Below are positions 59,680 to 64,000 of a stretch of DNA of 64,000 nt, in pieces. The DNA lies in assembly GCA_963787545.1 (NCBI GenBank), contig CAWBDW010000012.1:972-64971 (forward strand), in the 5' to 3' direction. A program made the translations under genes and the position numbers. The stretch comes from an uncultured Acidobacteriaceae bacterium. GTDB lineage: Bacteria; Acidobacteriota; Terriglobia; Bryobacterales; Bryobacteraceae. The notes beneath the pieces are model-generated. The model made no database searches, was not told the DNA's origin, and was given only the letters and a program-made list of their open reading frames with translations. How positions within the stretch are numbered: the first letter of the stretch is position 1; each line of letters opens with the position of its first letter.

Positions 59680-60312
59680 ATTCGAACCCAATTTCGGCTT
59701 TTCTCTTTTCGGCTCTGAGCTTTAGCAGGGTGTTGATGCAGTTGTGGAAGCCGCGGTCGTTGGTGGTCTGGTAGCGCAAGTAGAGCGCGAACTGCTTTTC
59801 GTCGCCCAGAGATGCCTCCTGGAGTCTAACGGCGCGATTGCTGAGCCAATAATGCTCCGCCATTTTCTCGAGCAGGAGGAATTCGGTCATGGTGCGAGGG
59901 CTGATATTCGACTGCGCAGGTCATCCAATACGACTTTGAACTCGTCGGCGTTTTCCGATTCGAGAAGGCTGAAGGGGCAGTTGAAGCCGTGGCGGAAATT
60001 GTTTTTCGAGGAAGCGGCTTTGCCTGCTTCAGTTTTTGCGCCGGTGGAATGCTGGGAATTGGCTCGATTAGCTGCGATTTGCTCGGGAGTCGACATTTTG
60101 AATAATCTCCAAATGAAAAAACGCCGGGAGCGGCACAGCGGCCGACCGGCGTTTTAAAAAGATGGAAGCGGAACGGGCTTCCTCAAGCTCAGAGTAGCAT
60201 TCGTGTCAAATGGTTTTTGCGTGGAAAGGCCGGAAACATTGAGTTTTTGGCTTGTGACTCGATTTATCGCGAGGCCGAACCCAGGGCGCCGGAGTTCGCG
60301 TCGCTTCTTGCC

Positions 60313-60341
60313 TTGACAATCTACATGAAGAGGCATATTCT
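60313..60341 (+). promoter_or_regulatory. candidate sigma70-type promoter for the second ADOP permease gene
   Basis: TTGACA (60313-60318), a 17-nt spacer, then TATTCT (60336-60341), 27 nt upstream of GTG 60368. Confidence 0.3.
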
Positions 60342-60367
60342 TCACCTAGAGTGTCTACTTAAGTATC

Positions 60368-62996
60368 GTGATTCGACGAAAGCGCAGCCTGCGGAATCTT
60401 GAACGGGACATTCAAGCGCACATCGAGCACGAGATGCGCGATAACATCGATCGCGGCATGGCGCCACAGGAAGCGCGCTATGCGGCCTTGCGCAAATTCG
60501 GCAATATTACGCGAGTTCAAGAAGACGCTCGGGCGGTCTGGAACGCGGTCTGGTTTGAGCAGTTGCTGCAAGACATTGGGTATGGATTGCGGATGTTCCG
60601 GCGGAATCCCGGGTTCAGCGCGGTTGTTGATATTGACGCTAGCGCTGGGAATCGGGATGAACACCGCGGTATTCAGCGTCATGAATACAGCGCTGTTGCA
60701 TCGCATTGCCTATCCAAATGCCGAGCGGCTCATGTGGATAGCGACTTATGACACGGGCTATCAGAGCGAACACGACAATCGGGTGCTCCCCAGCGATTAT
60801 GCTGCCTTGCAACAGCACGCCCCCTCATTCGAGAGCATGGCCGCTTATGGCAACCAGGATCTCGCTCTGGTCTACGCGGGCGAAAGCACTACCGAGAGGA
60901 TTGCGTCCGTTACTGGTGATTTTTGGAGCATGACCGGAGCACAGCCCGCATTTGGGCGGCTATTCCGGTTGGGAGAGCCGCATGCGATGGTGCTCTCGTG
61001 GCAATTATTTGAGCGGAGGTTCAGAGGCGATCCGCACGTGATCGGAAACATGGTCAGCGTTGATGGGTATCCGTTCCAAGTCGCCGGAGTGCTGCCGAAG
61101 AATTTCCGCTTCCTTTTTCCGCAGCAGCTTTTTGCAGACGATGAACGAAGAGATATCGATGCATACATCGCCGTCCCAAACGCGGCCCAAAAGTTGCCGG
61201 TTTCGGCTTACAGGATGGGTAATTGGGAAAAGGTCGTGGAAGCGCTCGGCCCCTTACCGGATTTTGTCTGCGTGGTCGGAAAACTCAAGCCCGATGTTCC
61301 GTTTGAACGCGGGCGAGCAGAGCTGCAGACTCTCTATCAACGCCTCATGCGGGAAGACCCCAACGTGTATCACACACATAGCGCTTTGCGTGTTAAGACG
61401 CTGCGGGAAAAAATTGTAGGAAATGTGCGGCCCGCGTTGCTAGTGCTGGCTGCGGCGGTAGGTTTCGTCCTGCTGATTGTTTGCGCCAATATTGCAAACC
61501 TGCTTCTCGCGCGGGCGTCTGCGCGGCAGCGGGAAATCGCGATCCGGGGAGCGTTGGGTGCTGGGCGGTTGCGTCTGATCCGGCAGTTTCTCACCGAGAG
61601 CGTTCTGCTGGCGCTGGCGGGAGGCACGGCTGGCCTGGTGCTCGCGCGATGGGCTATTGCCGTAATGGTACGGCTTGGCTCGGGTGCAGTTCCGCGATTG
61701 GGCGAAACCAGAATCGATGGTCTGGTCCTGCTGTTCACTTTGGGCGTTTCGCTTTTGGCAGCGCTGCTGTTCGGGTTGGGTCCCGCGATCTCGTTGTGGA
61801 GAGCCAGCGTGCACGACAGGCTCAAGGAGGAAACGGCAACCTCGTCGGCGGGCGCGAGCCGCTTGCGCGTTCGCGGATTGCTGGTTGCCTTGGAACTGGC
61901 GCTGGCGATTGTGCTGCTCACCGGCGCCGGGCTGATGCTCAAGAGTTTCTGGCGCATGAACGCCTTTCCGCCGGGATTTGCGCCGGAGAAGACGCTGGTC
62001 ATGAAGATCTCGCTTTCCGCGCCGCAATATAGAGCGTGGCCTCAGCAGCACGCCTATATCGATGAATTGTTCCGCCGTATCGAGAGCGTGCCGGGAATAC
62101 AGGCGGCCGGCATTCTCTGCTCCAGCTTTCACACGACCATTCGGGTGGAGGGAGTTCCGGCGGATCAGCAGCCGTTCGCTTCCATCCGGTACGTATCGTC
62201 CGGGTACCTGCGCGCTATCGGCGTGCCGCTTCTCGCAGGACATTGGCCGACTGAGAGCGAAGCTCTGGATGTCGTGGTGGTCAACGAAAGTTTTGCGCGG
62301 AGAGCGGCGATGAGCGGGAATCTCATCGGCAAGCATATTCATACAGCTCTTCTGAGCGCAACGATTGCGGGAATTGTTCCCGACTTTAAGGTCTCGCAGC
62401 TCGATGCCGAAGCTCTGCCGGAAGTTTACGCAGCTTATCAGATGGCGCCGCGAATCTCGTTTATGACAGTGATGGTCCGAACGTCTGGCGATCCGAAGCC
62501 GCTGGCGCCGGAAATCCGTAAGTTAGTTTCGGGCATCGACGCGAATGTGCCCGCGTATCAAATCGAGACTCTCGAGCGCGAACTCGCGGACTCCATTGCA
62601 CCGCGGCGCTTCAACATGTTTCTGCTGAGCTCGTTCGCGGGCGTCGCGCTGCTGCTTGCATTGATCGGAATTTACGGCGTAATCGCATATTCGGTCGCGC
62701 AGCGGACGCATGAGATCGGGATACGCATGGCTCTTGGTGCGCAGCGTAGCGAAGTGGTTGGCATGATGGTGCGGCAGATCACGGGCATCGCGTCAGGCGG
62801 AATCGTGATTGGCTTGGCCGCGGCTTTGGGACTTACTCGTCTGATGGCGAGCTTGCTTTATGGAGTGAAAGCGCACGATCCGCAGACGTTTGCGGCTGTG
62901 GCTGTCGTGCTGGCTGTTACGGCGTTGGTGGCGTGCTTGGGGCCTGCGATTCAAGCGGCGTTGGTAGATCCGATTGTGGCCTTGCGGCATGAGTAA
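60368..62996 (+). CDS. ADOP-family ABC transporter permease with N-terminal cytoplasmic extension, one frameshift
   Basis: ORF 60368..60751 gives the family-typical start (MIRRKRSLRNLERDIQAHIEHEMRDNIDRGMAPQEARYAALRKFGNITRVQED...LLQDIGYGLRMFRRNPGFSAVV). It joins the frame of ORF 60399..62996 at about 60623-60630 (ILTLALGIGMNTAVFSVMN...). Two FtsX-type modules are present. The first roughly 75 aa of the listed 865-aa ORF look non-coding. Confidence 0.85.
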
Positions 62997-63023
62997 CTCG
63001 AAGCGGCACTGCCGTGATAAGCG

Positions 63024-63314
63024 TCAAGAGTTCAGCGGTCGGCGAGCTGAATGCCAGAAATGCAGAATTTCGATGGCGCCTTTCTTGTCGTGTACTCGGT
63101 AATAAACATAAAGCGGCGAGTGAAGGAGCCGCCTCAGGTTGGGCCGTCGTTTGATCCGCGTGCCGATGTACGGAAAAGCGGCTAAAGAGTCAAGGTGGTT
63201 AAAAAGTTCGTTGAAAAATTGTTCGGTTGTCCCGGGATGCTTCTCCCGTGACCAATCAAATATCGCTTCCAGGTCGGCTAACGCGTCTGCGTGGTAGAGG
63301 ATTTTGAAAGCCAC
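63024..63314 (-). CDS. type II toxin-antitoxin system RelE/ParE-family toxin
   Basis: 96-aa ORF with GTG start. FKILYHADALADLEAIFDW...RRLLHSPLYVYYRV...IEILHFWHSARR shows the typical ParE/RelE pattern. Confidence 0.8.
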   Translation of the reverse strand: MAFKILYHADALADLEAIFDWSREKHPGTTEQFFNELFNHLDSLAAFPYIGTRIKRRPNLRRLLHSPLYVYYRVHDKKGAIEILHFWHSARRPLNS

Positions 63315-63463
63315 TCTTGAATGTGCCGGCGAGCTTCTTCGGACGAGACGAGACGTCCGGCATCCGCGGACTTGATTCTCTCGTCGATGATGCGGCTGGT
63401 TTCGGGGTCTAGCTCAATTTCCGGTTCTGTCGAAACAAACGGATCAATCTTCGTTTCGGCCAT
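63278..63463 (-). CDS. putative antitoxin (addiction-module component)
   Basis: 61-aa ORF immediately upstream of the toxin and overlapping it by 37 nt. The acidic N-terminal half is followed by ...IDERIKSADAGRLVSSEEARRHIQEWL. Confidence 0.6.
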   Translation of the reverse strand: MAETKIDPFVSTEPEIELDPETSRIIDERIKSADAGRLVSSEEARRHIQEWLSKSSTTQTR

Positions 63464-63608
63464 ACTTCAACATAGGCCATGCGGAGCAAAAGTGCAAATG
63501 CGAGCCGTGCGGCCGCGGCGGGAATGAGTTGCGCCGGGTGCTAAACTTCCCTAAACGGTACTTTCGAACCGCTAACCGCTTGCCTTCCCAGATCTGCTCA
63601 AGGAGCTG

Positions 63609-64000
63609 ATGGAACGCATGAAGCAAATCGATGTGCTTTGGATTACGGCTGGCCTTGGGTGTGACGGCGACACCGTTTCTATAACCGCGGCGACGCAGCC
63701 CAGCCTGGAAGACCTGGTGCTCGGCGCCATACCCGGAATCCCCAAGGTGAATTTTCATAACCCGTTCCTCGCCTTTGAGATCGGGAGACGAGTTCCTGAG
63801 CCATTTTCACCGCGCGGCGCAAGGCCAACTATCCCCGTTTATTCTCGTGATTGAGGGCTCTATTCCCGAACGAGAAAAATAAAAAAGAGGGATATTGGGC
63901 CGCGTTTGGAACCGACAAACAGAGTGGCCAACCCATCCCGACCTGCGACTGGATCGACCGCCTTGCCCCGCAGGCATGGGCCGTCGTTGCCGCCGGGAAC
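63609..64000 (+). CDS. [NiFe]-hydrogenase small subunit, 5' part (two frameshifts; continues beyond window)
   Basis: GGAG precedes ATG 63609. Translation: [59 protein letters not shown]. It continues in shifted frames as [27 protein letters not shown] and [43 protein letters not shown]. The junctions are at the GGG run 63783-63785 and the CCC run 63865-63867. Confidence 0.75.

Larger units (their letters stand above)
58026..60096 (-). pseudogene. conserved hypothetical gene (N-terminal AANRANSQHSTG..EGK..SS.N..HG motif) disrupted by the IS and by at least one frameshift
   Basis: The 5' part is ORF 59887..60096 (MSTPEQIAANRANSQHSTGAKTEAGKAASSKNNFRHG...) plus ORF 59579..59890 (TEFLLLEKMAEHYWLSNRAVRLQE...LLKLRAEKRKAEIGFE), with a frame break at about 59905-59935. 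The 3' part resumes left of the IS as (L)ESQTQKEQRNPPPINETRKQELHQLAVLLAEAK...ARAQKAA*, with its stop at 58026-58028. Confidence 0.65.

Noticed and set aside
60399-60625. The TTG-initiated N-terminus of the listed 865-aa ORF (MNGTFKRTSSTRCAITSIAAWRHRKRAMRPCANS...).
   Set aside because: The translation is compositionally non-protein-like. The overlapping frame from GTG 60368 gives the conserved ADOP N-terminus ending in ...RNPGFSAVV, which joins the 865-aa frame after one base.
956-63867. Programmed ribosomal frameshifting or homopolymer phase variation as an explanation for the split genes.
   Set aside because: The runs are only 2-4 nt, with no slippery heptamers or downstream structures that I could see. 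They affect unrelated housekeeping genes. Phase-variable tracts are normally much longer and confined to surface or restriction genes.
1-64000. rRNA, tRNA, CRISPR arrays, prophage, or large defence-system genes.
   Set aside because: By eye I saw no tRNA-like cloverleaf sequences or rRNA-like stretches. I also saw no regularly spaced direct repeats, and no phage structural, integrase, reverse-transcriptase or nuclease-helicase gene clusters. Manual scanning cannot fully exclude a small ncRNA.

Overview
High-GC chromosomal segment, probably from an Acidobacteriota genome. The taxon call rests on two 'acidobacterial duplicated orphan permease' (ADOP) MacB/FtsX-type genes and two TonB-dependent receptors with N-terminal carboxypeptidase-regulatory-like domains. 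Content is mostly ordinary. At 1-12.4 kb there is a polysaccharide-biosynthesis locus: wecB/wecC, AsnB-type amidotransferase, two GT4 glycosyltransferases, a methyltransferase, a heparinase II/III-like protein, a DUF218 protein and a nucleotide-sugar dehydrogenase. Next come a GH51 arabinofuranosidase with a Na+/solute symporter, an amino-acid permease and a hydroxyproline epimerase. Housekeeping genes follow: ruvAB, two lepB, hpt, rsfS, hrcA, a fused metX-metW, an M20 peptidase, an EF-G paralogue, glnE, acs and purC-cvpA. A TonB receptor / isomerase / oxidoreductase operon is also present, as are one IS5/IS4-type insertion sequence interrupting a conserved hypothetical gene, a ParE-type toxin-antitoxin pair, and the 5' part of a [NiFe]-hydrogenase small-subunit gene at the right edge. 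I saw no rRNA, tRNA or CRISPR array. The most pervasive signal is technical or degenerative. By manual reading, at least 22 single-base frameshifts split at least 14 genes, including acs, purC and EF-G. Most sit at short homopolymers, and six cluster in the last 0.9 kb of one TonB receptor. I found no convincing large novel multi-gene system. The best candidates for follow-up are a two-gene RHH + unknown 80-aa module inside the polysaccharide locus, a small CXXCH protein heading the TonB-receptor operon, the MetX-MetW fusion, the IS-disrupted gene family, and palindromic/direct-repeat sites upstream of ruvA. All coordinates at frameshift junctions and IS ends are hand-derived and may be off by a few bases.
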